From Thermoplasmata archaeon (GTDB lineage Archaea; Thermoplasmatota; E2; JACPAO01; JAHFTW01), in contig JAXDQS010000003.1 of the NCBI GenBank assembly GCA_034667725.1, positions 384,001 to 448,000 of the forward strand: a stretch of 64,000 nucleotides of DNA. The letters run 5' to 3'. Of this stretch, positions 9,855-18,945 are shown one piece after another. Numbering within the stretch: position 1 is the stretch's first letter; each line of letters begins with the position of its first letter. Made by a program: the position numbers and the translations under genes. The notes beneath the pieces are model-generated. The model was not told where the DNA came from and did no database searches. It saw nothing but the letters and a program-made list of their open reading frames with translations.

Positions 9855-11019
9855 GGCAGTCGGCCTCGTTGGCGGCGGCCTGCGCGCACCAGGCGCGGCG
9901 GGCGCCGTCGTCGGTCTCCAGCACGGACAGCATGGCGCCGACGGCGCGCCAGCAGGTGGCGCGGCTGGCGGTCGGTGTCGTGGGGCAGAACGCGAAGCCG
10001 GGCGCGACGTCGCCGGCGTAGTTGACCATCTCCTGCGCCGCGCCGTAGATGCAGTCCGGGACGTAGGGCTCGGAGCCTTGGCCGCACTGCTGGAGGATTT
10101 GCGGACCGTCGCGCAAAGTGCGGCCCGAGATGTCGCGGCCCATGGACTGGTAACACAGCCGGACGTATTCTTCGGGGGCGCCGTCGCAGGTGGCGAACGC
10201 CTCCGTGAGGCCGAAGCCCTGCTGAAGGACGGCGGAGGACTGGAGGAACCAGCAGGTGCGCTGGTGGCGCGGCTCCACGACGTCGCAGGGATAGCTCAGG
10301 TCGTCGGGCTTGAGGCGGACCCAGGTCGAGGCGTTGCCGTGGTGATGGTGGTCCGCCACCATGGTCTCGCCCATGATGTTCTCCATGAAGGCGCCGCCGT
10401 GGCACGAGTCCTGGTGGCCGCCGTCGCCCAACAGGTCGCACCACGCCAAGGCCTGGGGCAGGTCGTGGCCGGCCACCATCGTGAGCCCGTGGCCGAGGCC
10501 GTGCAGGCACTGGAACTGCCGGTTCCAGCCGCCGTCGGGGGTGCACAGGCCGGCGACGTCCGCGGCGGCCGCGGGCGGGCCCTGCCGGCCGAAGTGCGCC
10601 TCCAGCACGCCGTGGAAGCAGCCGGACGCCATGTTGAACGGGCACACCGCCAGCGCCGCCGTGGTGTTCGGGTAATGGTCGATGCTCGCCCGGCCCAGGT
10701 CGTGGGCAAGCTGGTGGTCCTGCGGCCGCAGCGACGCGTCGGCCTGCGTCGTCTCGGCCAGCAGGCGGAACGCCTCCGGCGAGCCGCGCACGGCCAGCAC
10801 CCGCTCGGCCTCCTGGAGCACGCAGCCCTGCAGGTCGGGCTGCGGGCGGCAGAACGCCAGCAGCTCCGCAGCCCTTGCGTGCAAGGGGCCGGCGTCGGCG
10901 GCGTCAGCGTCCGGGCCGGCCGAGCGATCGGGGTCGGCCGCAGGCGCCGCGGGCCAGAGCAGCCCGACGGCCAACGCGAGGCCGGCCACGACGACGCCGA
11001 CCCGGGACACCGCATCCAC
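9832..11019 (-). CDS. secreted Cys/His-rich helical-repeat protein
   Basis: signal peptide; HQLAHDLGR, GCFHG, CLHGLGHG, CHGGAFMEN; start GTG 11019 or 11010. Confidence 0.75.
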   Translation of the reverse strand: MDAVSRVGVVVAGLALAVGLLWPAAPAADPDRSAGPDADAADAGPLHARAAELLAFCRPQPDLQGCVLQEAERVLAVRGSPEAFRLLAETTQADASLRPQDHQLAHDLGRASIDHYPNTTAALAVCPFNMASGCFHGVLEAHFGRQGPPAAAADVAGLCTPDGGWNRQFQCLHGLGHGLTMVAGHDLPQALAWCDLLGDGGHQDSCHGGAFMENIMGETMVADHHHHGNASTWVRLKPDDLSYPCDVVEPRHQRTCWFLQSSAVLQQGFGLTEAFATCDGAPEEYVRLCYQSMGRDISGRTLRDGPQILQQCGQGSEPYVPDCIYGAAQEMVNYAGDVAPGFAFCPTTPTASRATCWRAVGAMLSVLETDDGARRAWCAQAAANEADCLSGAGLA

Positions 11020-11141
11020 GCCGACCCATGGGCGGGCCGCTCTTGGACCCTGCGACGGCGGCCTCCGCGCCCCCGCTTGCGCCCGCGGCAGCCGCCGTGG
11101 CAAAGCCAAAACGTGCCGCGGCGAACGCCTGGACGCGAGCC

Positions 11142-12032
11142 ATGTCCGCAGCGCAAGCAGTCGATCCGTTCCCGTACGGCCGCGATCCCTGGTGGGGCAA
11201 GGCGCTCATCCTCACCATCGTCATCCTGCCGCTGTTCGCCCTCGCCTACGCGGCGTGGCGCTGGTGGGGCCACGGCGTCACCGGCCTCGAGGTCGGCCTC
11301 CTGCTCGGCCTGTGGGCCTTCACGGGGCTCGGCATCTCGGTCGGCTTCCACCGCATGGTGACCCACCGCGCCTTCGTCGCCAAGCCCGCCGCGCGCGCCG
11401 TCCTGCTCTTGGCCGGCACCATGGCGGTCGAGGGCCCGCCCTCCGGCTGGGCGGCGACCCACCTGCGCCACCACGCCATGGCCGACCGCGACGGCGACCC
11501 GCACAGTCCGCTCGAAGGGTTCTGGCACGCGCACTTCGCCTGGATGCTGCGCGACCGCATGGTGCACGGCGGCCTGGCGCACGACAAGCTGATGCGCGAC
11601 CCCGTGGTGGCGTTCTTCTCGCGCACCTGGATCTTCTGGACCTTCCTCTCGTTCCTGCTGCCCGCCCTCGTCGGGCTCGCCGTCCACGGGACCTTCTGGG
11701 GCATGGTGGACGCCTTCGTCTGGGGCGGCCTGCTGCGGATTTTCCTGCTGCACCACACCACCTGGGCCGTCAACTCCATCGGCCACATGTTCGGCACCCG
11801 CCCCTACCGAAGCCCCGACCGGGGGGCCAACAACGCCATCGTCGCCGTGCTGGGCTGGGGCGAAGGCTGGCACAACAACCACCACGCCTTCCCGCGCGCC
11901 GCCTACATCGGGATGCGCTGGTACGAGTTCGACCCCGGCCGCTGGGTCATCCAGCTCCTCAAGGCCTTGGGCCAAGTCGAGCATGTTTGGAACCCGACGC
12001 CGGAGGAGCGGGCGCAAAGGCTGCGGGCGTGA
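11142..12032 (+). CDS. membrane fatty-acid (acyl-CoA delta-9-type) desaturase
   Basis: His boxes HRMVTH, HLRHH, HNNHH; DPHSP; VNSIGH; GEGWHNNHHAFP. Confidence 0.92.
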   Translation: MSAAQAVDPFPYGRDPWWGKALILTIVILPLFALAYAAWRWWGHGVTGLEVGLLLGLWAFTGLGISVGFHRMVTHRAFVAKPAARAVLLLAGTMAVEGPPSGWAATHLRHHAMADRDGDPHSPLEGFWHAHFAWMLRDRMVHGGLAHDKLMRDPVVAFFSRTWIFWTFLSFLLPALVGLAVHGTFWGMVDAFVWGGLLRIFLLHHTTWAVNSIGHMFGTRPYRSPDRGANNAIVAVLGWGEGWHNNHHAFPRAAYIGMRWYEFDPGRWVIQLLKALGQVEHVWNPTPEERAQRLRA

Positions 12033-12033
12033 G

Positions 12034-12437
12034 CCGCCGACTGGACCCGGATTCCACAGAGTTCTGTGGGAATCTTCCGAATCTGAGGGAATCAGTGCCC
12101 GTCGCGGGGTCGCCGACCGAACAAAGATTCCGCAGAGGTCTGCGGGAATCTTCCGACTCTGAGCGAATCGGTGCCCGTCGGGTGGCCGACGCACACAGAT
12201 TCCACAGACCCTGACTTTGGTTCTGGCGGGGCCTAGCCAAAAAATTCCACAGATCTCTGTGGGAATCTTCCGAATCTGGGAAAATCAGTGCCCGTCGCGG
12301 GCCACCGACTGGACACAGGTTCCGCAGAGTTCTGTGGGAATCTTCTCAATCTGTGCGAATCAGTGCTCGTGGCGGGGCCGCCGGCTGGACGCAGATTCCA
12401 CAGAGTTCTAGAGGAGTCCGCCGAGGGAACCGAGACG
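12034..12437. repeat. modular hairpin repeat element, copy 2
   Basis: about 5 units; 12158-12243 matches 3814-3899 with one mismatch; lies between convergent genes. Confidence 0.85.
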
Positions 12438-12447
12438 AGCGTGGACC

Positions 12448-12786
12448 CTAACGCCAGGTCGAGTAGCGGTCCATGATGCCCAGGATCCGCTGCTGCGTGG
12501 CGGGGTCGACCGCCTTCTCCTTGACCTTCTCCATGAGCCAGACCTTCGCCTCGGTGACGGCGTCGCGCGAGCCCTTGGCCCACAGCGTCTGGATGAGCGA
12601 GTTGTGCAGCTCCACGGCCACGGGGGAGGCCTTCAGGATGTCCTGCAGGTCGTACTTGAAGTAGTTCGCCTTCGACTGGTCCAAGAGCTTCTCCCGCTGG
12701 CGCGACTCGCGGGTGTTCTTGTTCGTCTGGTTGTGCTTGGGCGCCCGCGGCGTGCCCGGCACTTGCGGGACCCGCGGCGCGCGCAT
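12448..12786 (-). CDS. hypothetical protein (112 aa)
   Basis: ATG 12786; strong codon bias; ANYFKYDL..LWAKGSR..RYSTWR. Confidence 0.75.
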   Translation of the reverse strand: MRAPRVPQVPGTPRAPKHNQTNKNTRESRQREKLLDQSKANYFKYDLQDILKASPVAVELHNSLIQTLWAKGSRDAVTEAKVWLMEKVKEKAVDPATQQRILGIMDRYSTWR

Positions 12787-12891
12787 CCGGCGTGCCACGC
12801 CTTCCCCTGAACGGCGCAAGCATATCGCCGTGCCGGTGAGGCCATCGTCTGCTGCCTTGGCGCGACAATGCTGCTTATCTGGAGCGCTCCC

Positions 12892-14157
12892 ATGGCAAAG
12901 TCCGTGCCCAAGGCGGTCGCGTCCGGCCTGCTGGAAGAAGGCGTCCGCCGCATCGCGTGGGCGCGCACCCACATGCAGGTGCTGGCGGCCATCCGCGCGC
13001 GCTTCGCCGAGGAGCAGCCGTTCGCGGGCCTTCGGGTCGGCATGGCGCTGCACGTCGAGGCCAAGACCGCGAACCTTGCCCTCGCGCTCCAAGAAGGTGG
13101 CGCCGACGTGCGCCTGGCCGGCTGCAACCCGGAGTCCACGGACGACCGGGTCGTGGCCGCCCTCAACGAGCACCACGGCCTTGCCACCATGGCGCACAAG
13201 GGCCAGGACCGCAAGGCCTACTACGCCGCGCTGGACTGGGTCCTCGACCACAAGCCGCACTTGGTGATCGACGACGGCGGCGACCTCGGCTTCCTGGCGC
13301 ACACCCGCCGCACCGACGCCCTGAAGCACCTCAAGGGCGGCGCGGAGGAGACCACCACCGGCGTGATGCGCTTCAAGGCCATGCACGCGGAGGGCAAGCT
13401 CCAGGTGCCCATCCTGAACGTCAACGACGCCCAGATGAAGCACCTGTTCGACAACCGCTACGGCACCGGCCAGAGCACCTTCGACGGCCTGTTCACGGCC
13501 ACCAACCTGCTCATCGCGGGCAAGAACATCGTCGTGGCCGGCTACGGCTGGTGCGGCAAAGGCATCGCGATGCGCGCCAAGGGGCTCGGCGCCACCGTCA
13601 CCGTCACCGAGGTGGACCCCGTCAAGGCCATCGAGGCCCGGCTGGACGGCCACCAGGTGGCCCCCATGCTGGAGGCGTGCGCCCACGCCGACTTCATCGT
13701 CACCGCCACCGGCTGCAAGGACGTCGTCGCCGAGAAGCATCTTGGGAAACTGAAGGACGGCTGCGTGCTGGCCAACGCGGGGCACTTCAACAACGAGGTC
13801 AGCCTCACGGCGCTCCAGGCCCGCAGCAAGTCCGCCAAGACCGTCCGCGCCGGCGTCACCGAGTACCTGCAGGCCGACGGCCGCCGCCTCTACCTGGTCT
13901 CCGACGGCCGCCTCGTCAACCTCGCCAGCGGGCAGGGCCACCCCGTCGAGATCATGGACATGAGCTTCAGCATCCAAGCCCTTGGCCTGGAGCACCTCGC
14001 GCTGCACCACAAGCAGCTCGCGCCCGGCGTCCACGACATCCCGCCGCACATGGACCTTGACGTCGCCCGCCTCAAGCTCGCCACCCTCGGCCTGCGCATC
14101 GACACGCTCACCAAGGACCAGACCGCCTACCTCAGCACTTGGGAGCATGGCACGTGA
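12892..14157 (+). CDS. ahcY: adenosylhomocysteinase (HxExK subtype)
   Basis: LHVEAKT; DDGGD; EETTTG; KHLFDNRYGTGQS; GYGWCGKG; NAGHF; GHPVEIMDMSF. Confidence 0.97.
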   Translation: MAKSVPKAVASGLLEEGVRRIAWARTHMQVLAAIRARFAEEQPFAGLRVGMALHVEAKTANLALALQEGGADVRLAGCNPESTDDRVVAALNEHHGLATMAHKGQDRKAYYAALDWVLDHKPHLVIDDGGDLGFLAHTRRTDALKHLKGGAEETTTGVMRFKAMHAEGKLQVPILNVNDAQMKHLFDNRYGTGQSTFDGLFTATNLLIAGKNIVVAGYGWCGKGIAMRAKGLGATVTVTEVDPVKAIEARLDGHQVAPMLEACAHADFIVTATGCKDVVAEKHLGKLKDGCVLANAGHFNNEVSLTALQARSKSAKTVRAGVTEYLQADGRRLYLVSDGRLVNLASGQGHPVEIMDMSFSIQALGLEHLALHHKQLAPGVHDIPPHMDLDVARLKLATLGLRIDTLTKDQTAYLSTWEHGT

Positions 14158-15095
14158 CCACGGTCGCCCCCGCCGCCTTCCTCGCCGTCTGCGGCCACAC
14201 CAACCTCGACGTCCACCTCCAGGTGCAGGACCTGCCGCGGCCCGGCCAGTCCGTCCCCGTGCTGGAGCGCCGCACCCTGTGGGGCGGCACCGCGGCCAAC
14301 ATCGCCCGCCAAGCCGCCGGCCTCGGCGTGCCGACCCGGATGTGGAGCCGCGTCGGCGACGACTTCCCCGCCGCCTGGCGCCAAGCCTTGGCGGACGAGG
14401 GCGTAGACCTCGCGTTCCTGGAGACGGTGCGCGGCGGCCGCACCCCGACCTGCTTCATCCTCACCGACCTGCTGGACCGGCAATGCTACGCCATCGACCA
14501 GGGCCCCATGGCGCGCATGGAGGAGGCCCCCATCGGCAAGGAGTTCCTCAACGGCCTCCCCGACGGCGCGTGGCTGCACGTCAGCACCGGCAACCCCATC
14601 GCCTACGCCCAGGTGGCGCACGCCGCCCGCGACTCCGGCCTGCACGTCGGCTTCGACCCCGGCCAGGAGATGCGCTTCCAGTACGACACCCGCAGCTTCG
14701 AAGGCCTCCTCGACACCGCCGAGGTGTTCTTCTGCAACGAGGAGGAGCTCCGCGTCGCCTGCGACTTCCTGAGCTACGGCGACCCCGTCCAGTTCCTCGA
14801 CCACGTCGACGCCGTCGTCGTCACCCGCGCCGCCAAGGGCGCCAGCCTGTACCGGTCGGGCAAGAAGGCCGTGACCGTCCCCGCGTTCCCCACCCGCGTC
14901 GTCGACCCCACCGGCGCCGGTGACGCCTTGCGGGCCGGCTGGTACGCCGCGTTGCGCGCCGGCAAGGGCATGGAGGAGGCGCTGCGCTGGGGCAACGCCG
15001 CCGCCGCGCTCAAGCTGCCGCACATGGGCGGGCAGGAGCACGTCCTCCGGATGCCCGAGATGGCGCGGCTGCTGGAGAAGGAGACGCTGGCGTAG
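14154..15095 (+). CDS. PfkB-family nucleoside/carbohydrate kinase
   Basis: GGTAANIA; FDPGQ; NEEE; DPTGAGD; GTG start overlaps the ahcY stop (GTGA). Confidence 0.92.
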   Translation: MTTVAPAAFLAVCGHTNLDVHLQVQDLPRPGQSVPVLERRTLWGGTAANIARQAAGLGVPTRMWSRVGDDFPAAWRQALADEGVDLAFLETVRGGRTPTCFILTDLLDRQCYAIDQGPMARMEEAPIGKEFLNGLPDGAWLHVSTGNPIAYAQVAHAARDSGLHVGFDPGQEMRFQYDTRSFEGLLDTAEVFFCNEEELRVACDFLSYGDPVQFLDHVDAVVVTRAAKGASLYRSGKKAVTVPAFPTRVVDPTGAGDALRAGWYAALRAGKGMEEALRWGNAAAALKLPHMGGQEHVLRMPEMARLLEKETLA

Positions 15096-15155
15096 CCGCC
15101 CCATTCGATTCCGATCAGCCAATGCCGTTAAGCCGCCCCCGGCCGGCTCCCCCGC

Positions 15156-16697
15156 ATGGCAAGCCTGGGCGCGTTCGGCCAGTTCCTTCTCGACGGCGAG
15201 GCCCGGCTGCAGGAGTCCGCCCGCAAGGCGGCGCCCGCCATCGGCCCCATCCTGCGCAACGGCAGCGGCAACGACCTGCGAGACTGGATGCGCAAGGTCT
15301 ACGCTGATGCCTATGGCTCCGGCCATGCCTTCGTCCAAGCGCTCGCGCAGCCGGGCGTGAACTACTACCGCATCGACTCCGCCAAGGCCATCCAGTATCC
15401 CTTCGCCCCCGCCGCCCGGCCGCTCATCCTGTTCCTCGCCAACCAGGCCGACTGTCCACCAACCCGATTCGCATGGGAGGCCACGGCCGAGGAGCGGTTC
15501 CGCGAATACATGGGATGCGGCCCAGGCCCGTTCGCGGCCGCCGTGGCCCAAGGCCTTTTGCTCCCCACCGTCGGCCCGATGCGTCCCGACGGCAAGCCCG
15601 GCTACACGGGACCGTTCATGCGAGGCCTGTTCCAGCGCCTGGCCGCCTTGGACGACCGGACTTGGCCCGTCTCCGCGAACGTGCTGGACATGCTGGGCCT
15701 GCGGCCGGGCCGCCACGCTCGCCGCTGGGCCGGCGCCCTCGACGCCATCGGCAAGCGGCACCCCCGTCTCCTGGAGGACCGCTACACCCACCGAATCCTT
15801 GGCGAGGACAGCACGCTGGCGCCCGTGGTCCCCCGTGCCTACCTGAAGGAGCGGGCGCCGTGGTTCGACCTCGCCATGCCCGACACGCCGCGCGCCGTTT
15901 TTGACGTCCAGCTCCGGCAGCTGCGGCGCGAGCCGGGCCCCAAGCGGTTGGCGCGACTGATGGATTCCGCCTTCGTGCTGCACCATCTCTACGCTGCTCC
16001 CGCCTACTACTCGAAGGGCCCCTCCATCCGGGTCAGTGGCCGCGACCTGGGCCACTGGGTCTCGGTCCTGCAGCAGGCAGGCCAGGCCTTGGACGAGGAG
16101 GCCCGCCGCCACCGGGATGCCAAAGAGCGGCTGGAGCATGCCCGGAACGCCCTCGACACCGTGGCGCAGCATCTGCCTGCGGTCGTCGTGGGAGGCATCG
16201 AGGGCGTCGGCCGCCGAGCCGGCCGGCGGTTCGAGCGCCACATTCCCCAGTGCCTCTCCGACGACCGGATGGAGGCCATCCTCGACGCCCTGGACCGGAT
16301 CGGCGGGCCGCCTGACCCGGAGGCGGCCGCCGCGCACCAGGACGCCCAGAAGGTCTTCATCGAGCGGCCTCCCGGCAAGGAGCCGGACATGGCGCGGCTC
16401 CAGCGCTCCGTCGAGGCGCTCAACGACACCATTGGCGGCCTGGACGCCTGGAAGAGCCGCTTCGACTTCGCGCGGCGGGAACGGGTCCGGGCCACGGTCC
16501 AGGTCGGCGGCACCGTGCCCGCCCTTGCGATGCCCGCCCTCAAGCCCGCCCTTCGCATCCTGGACTCGGCCTGGTTGGCAGCCAACAAGCTCCGCCACGC
16601 CCAGGCGCCCAAGGACGGCGCAGGCAGCAATCCGAACCTGCAGCTCGGCCTTGACTACCTCCAGACGCCGCCAGGCGACCCGTTCGTGCGGGCCTAG
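15156..16697 (+). CDS. hypothetical protein (513 aa)
   Basis: long ORF fills the gap between neighbours; protein-like composition; no recognised motif. Confidence 0.65.
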   Translation: MASLGAFGQFLLDGEARLQESARKAAPAIGPILRNGSGNDLRDWMRKVYADAYGSGHAFVQALAQPGVNYYRIDSAKAIQYPFAPAARPLILFLANQADCPPTRFAWEATAEERFREYMGCGPGPFAAAVAQGLLLPTVGPMRPDGKPGYTGPFMRGLFQRLAALDDRTWPVSANVLDMLGLRPGRHARRWAGALDAIGKRHPRLLEDRYTHRILGEDSTLAPVVPRAYLKERAPWFDLAMPDTPRAVFDVQLRQLRREPGPKRLARLMDSAFVLHHLYAAPAYYSKGPSIRVSGRDLGHWVSVLQQAGQALDEEARRHRDAKERLEHARNALDTVAQHLPAVVVGGIEGVGRRAGRRFERHIPQCLSDDRMEAILDALDRIGGPPDPEAAAAHQDAQKVFIERPPGKEPDMARLQRSVEALNDTIGGLDAWKSRFDFARRERVRATVQVGGTVPALAMPALKPALRILDSAWLAANKLRHAQAPKDGAGSNPNLQLGLDYLQTPPGDPFVRA

Positions 16698-16747
16698 CCG
16701 CCGCCACCCCCACAACCTTCATCCCACCCTCCCAAGTCGCGCCCTCC

Positions 16748-17212
16748 ATGGCACTCCAGACCGGCCAGAAGCTCCAGGACTTCACCCTCAAGTTGGCGAC
16801 CAAGGACGGGGCGCAGGAGTTCACCCTGAGCCAGCACCTTTGGCAGGGCCCGCTGGTGATCGGGTTCTTCCCGCTCGCCTTCAGCGGCACCTGCACGAAG
16901 GAGATGTGCGAGTTCCGCGACACGCTCGACAAGTTCGGCGGCCTCGGCGCCAAGGTGGTCGGCTTCAGCACCGACTCCCACTTCACCAACATCCACTTCG
17001 CCAAGGAGCACGGGCTGCCGCTGGGCATCCTGTCCGACCCGAACCGCGAGGTCGTGGGCAAGATTTGGCAGACGATGGAGGTCGCGGGCGTCAAGAACGT
17101 GGCCAAGCGCGGCGTGATGGTGCTGGACGCCGACGGGACCGTGAAGTGGACCAGCGTGTCCGACGACCCGAAGGTCTGGATCGGCACCGACGAAGTGCGC
17201 AAGCACCTCTAG
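16748..17212 (+). CDS. peroxiredoxin (Bcp/AhpC-TSA family)
   Basis: FFPLAFSGTCTKEMC (PxxxT/SxxC); LSD; KRGV. Confidence 0.92.
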   Translation: MALQTGQKLQDFTLKLATKDGAQEFTLSQHLWQGPLVIGFFPLAFSGTCTKEMCEFRDTLDKFGGLGAKVVGFSTDSHFTNIHFAKEHGLPLGILSDPNREVVGKIWQTMEVAGVKNVAKRGVMVLDADGTVKWTSVSDDPKVWIGTDEVRKHL

Positions 17213-18186
17213 ACGACGACGAGCACGGCGGCGGCGTTGTTGGCGTAGTCCGACTCGACGTAGAGCCGCTCGGGGTTGACCTCGGCCTCCAGGACGTACG
17301 GCCCCGGCGCCAGCCCGGTCACGTCGACCCATTGGCCGTCGAGGAACAGGGAGTACTTGTCGGCCCAGAACGAGGTGATGCCCTGGCCCTCGGAGCAGTA
17401 GCGGAACTGGCGCGGGTTCACGGTGCCGGCGACGGGGCTGCCCCAGGGCAGGAAGTCGATGATGCAGAAGCCCTGCTTGTGTCCGGCCACCATGTGCTCC
17501 AGCAGCTCGGGGTAGGCGGCCAGCACGGCGGCGGGCGGCATCCCCGGGTGGGCGGCGCGCACGGCCTGCCACGCGGCGTAGCCGGCGGGGTCCCACAGGC
17601 GGTAGTCGGCGTACTCGCTGAAGTGCCAGTGGCCGTGGCAGGTCCCCCACTCGAACCATTCGGGGTGGTCGGCGGGCCGTCCGACCTCGAGGTCGCCGAG
17701 GCCGATGTTGGGGCTCACGAAGTCGAACCGCAGCAGCGTCCGGGTGCCGGCGGCCGTGCTGTTCTCCGCGACCGCGCAGTGGTCGGCGGCGAACGCGCGC
17801 GTGTCGAGCCGCACGGTCGAGGCCAGCGAGACGGGATCCACGATGAGGTCCGGGCAGTGCGGCGCGTCCGCGCACGGCACCTGGCCGGAGGCGCCGTCGC
17901 CCTCGCCGTCGGTCCAGCCGGCGTCCGCGCCGACGGCAAGGAAGCCGCCGAGGACGGCCGAGGCGTGGGCGTCCACCGACGGCAGGCCGACGGGCACCGC
18001 CGTCATGCCGAAGTCGGCCGGGTCCAGGTCGCCGCAGGCGCGCAGCAGCGCCTCGCACAGGCCGTGCAAGTCGGCCTCCACGGCGACGGGGCCATGGACG
18101 CCGACGGTCGCGGCGGGCCCGCCTTGGGCGGCGGCGCCGAGGGCAAGGACGAAGGCAAGGAGGGCGGCCGTCGGGAGGCGGGCCAT
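17209..18186 (-). CDS. lysyl oxidase-family secreted copper enzyme
   Basis: signal peptide; RTLLRF; WGTCHGHWH; GHKQGFC; QGI..WADKY; QWVDVT; VNP..ESDYANN. Confidence 0.88.
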   Translation of the reverse strand: MARLPTAALLAFVLALGAAAQGGPAATVGVHGPVAVEADLHGLCEALLRACGDLDPADFGMTAVPVGLPSVDAHASAVLGGFLAVGADAGWTDGEGDGASGQVPCADAPHCPDLIVDPVSLASTVRLDTRAFAADHCAVAENSTAAGTRTLLRFDFVSPNIGLGDLEVGRPADHPEWFEWGTCHGHWHFSEYADYRLWDPAGYAAWQAVRAAHPGMPPAAVLAAYPELLEHMVAGHKQGFCIIDFLPWGSPVAGTVNPRQFRYCSEGQGITSFWADKYSLFLDGQWVDVTGLAPGPYVLEAEVNPERLYVESDYANNAAAVLVVV

Positions 18187-18279
18187 GCGGCTCGATGCGG
18201 GCCGCGGTATTTCATGCGCGTTGCCGCTTCCTGACCCACCCCCCGGCGACTTTAAGCGGCGAGGGCCTCGCGCGGTCGA

Positions 18280-18942
18280 ATGACCTGGCTGTGGACGGTG
18301 ATGCGGCCGCTGGCGGTGCCGGTCGTCCGCCTCGGCTTGCGGGTCAAGGTGAAGGGGCGCCGCCACATCCCGAGGAAGGGGGCCGCCATCCTCGCCTCCA
18401 ACCACTTGTCCGCGCTCGACCACGTCGTGCTACCGATGGCGACCCGGCGCACCATCGTCAACATCAGCAAGGCCGAGCACTTCGCCAAGCCCGTCAAGGC
18501 CTGGTTCTTCCGGCAATGGGGCGTCATCCGGCTGCAGCGTGGCGCCGGCGACAAGGGCGCCTTCGAGGCCGCCAAGAACGCCCTGCTGGAGGGCCACCTG
18601 TTCTGCATCTACCCGGAAGGGACCCGCAGCCTCGACGGCAAGCTGCACAAGGGCCACACCGGCGTCGCCCGCCTCGCGCTGGCGACCAAGTCCCCTGTCG
18701 TCCCGGTCGCCATGGTCGGCACCTTCGAGTCCTGGCCCAAGGGCGGCAAGCTCCGGCTGTTCAAGCCGACCGGCGCCCTCGTCGGCCCGCCCCTCGACTT
18801 CAGCCGCCACTGGGGCAAGCAGGACGACAAGGCCGTCTGCCGCGAGGTCACGGACGAGGTCATGCGCGCCATCCAGAAGCTCTCGGGCCAAGAGTACGTC
18901 CACGAGTACCAGCGCAACCCCGAGGTCCCCACCCACCGGTGA
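18280..18942 (+). CDS. plsC: lysophospholipid/1-acyl-glycerol-phosphate acyltransferase (PlsC family)
   Basis: NHLSALD (HX4D); YPEGTRS; VVPVA; TTTAAG box about 27 nt upstream. Confidence 0.9.
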   Translation: MTWLWTVMRPLAVPVVRLGLRVKVKGRRHIPRKGAAILASNHLSALDHVVLPMATRRTIVNISKAEHFAKPVKAWFFRQWGVIRLQRGAGDKGAFEAAKNALLEGHLFCIYPEGTRSLDGKLHKGHTGVARLALATKSPVVPVAMVGTFESWPKGGKLRLFKPTGALVGPPLDFSRHWGKQDDKAVCREVTDEVMRAIQKLSGQEYVHEYQRNPEVPTHR

Positions 18943-18945
18943 CCC

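Noticed and set aside
3665-12437. CRISPR array interpretation of the repeats
   Set aside because: Units are degenerate tandem copies of about 74 nt without unique spacers, and there are no cas genes in the window
12787-12891. SAH/SAM riboswitch before ahcY
   Set aside because: Short divergent spacer with a TATA-like box about 20 nt before the ATG leaves no room, and no recognisable motif
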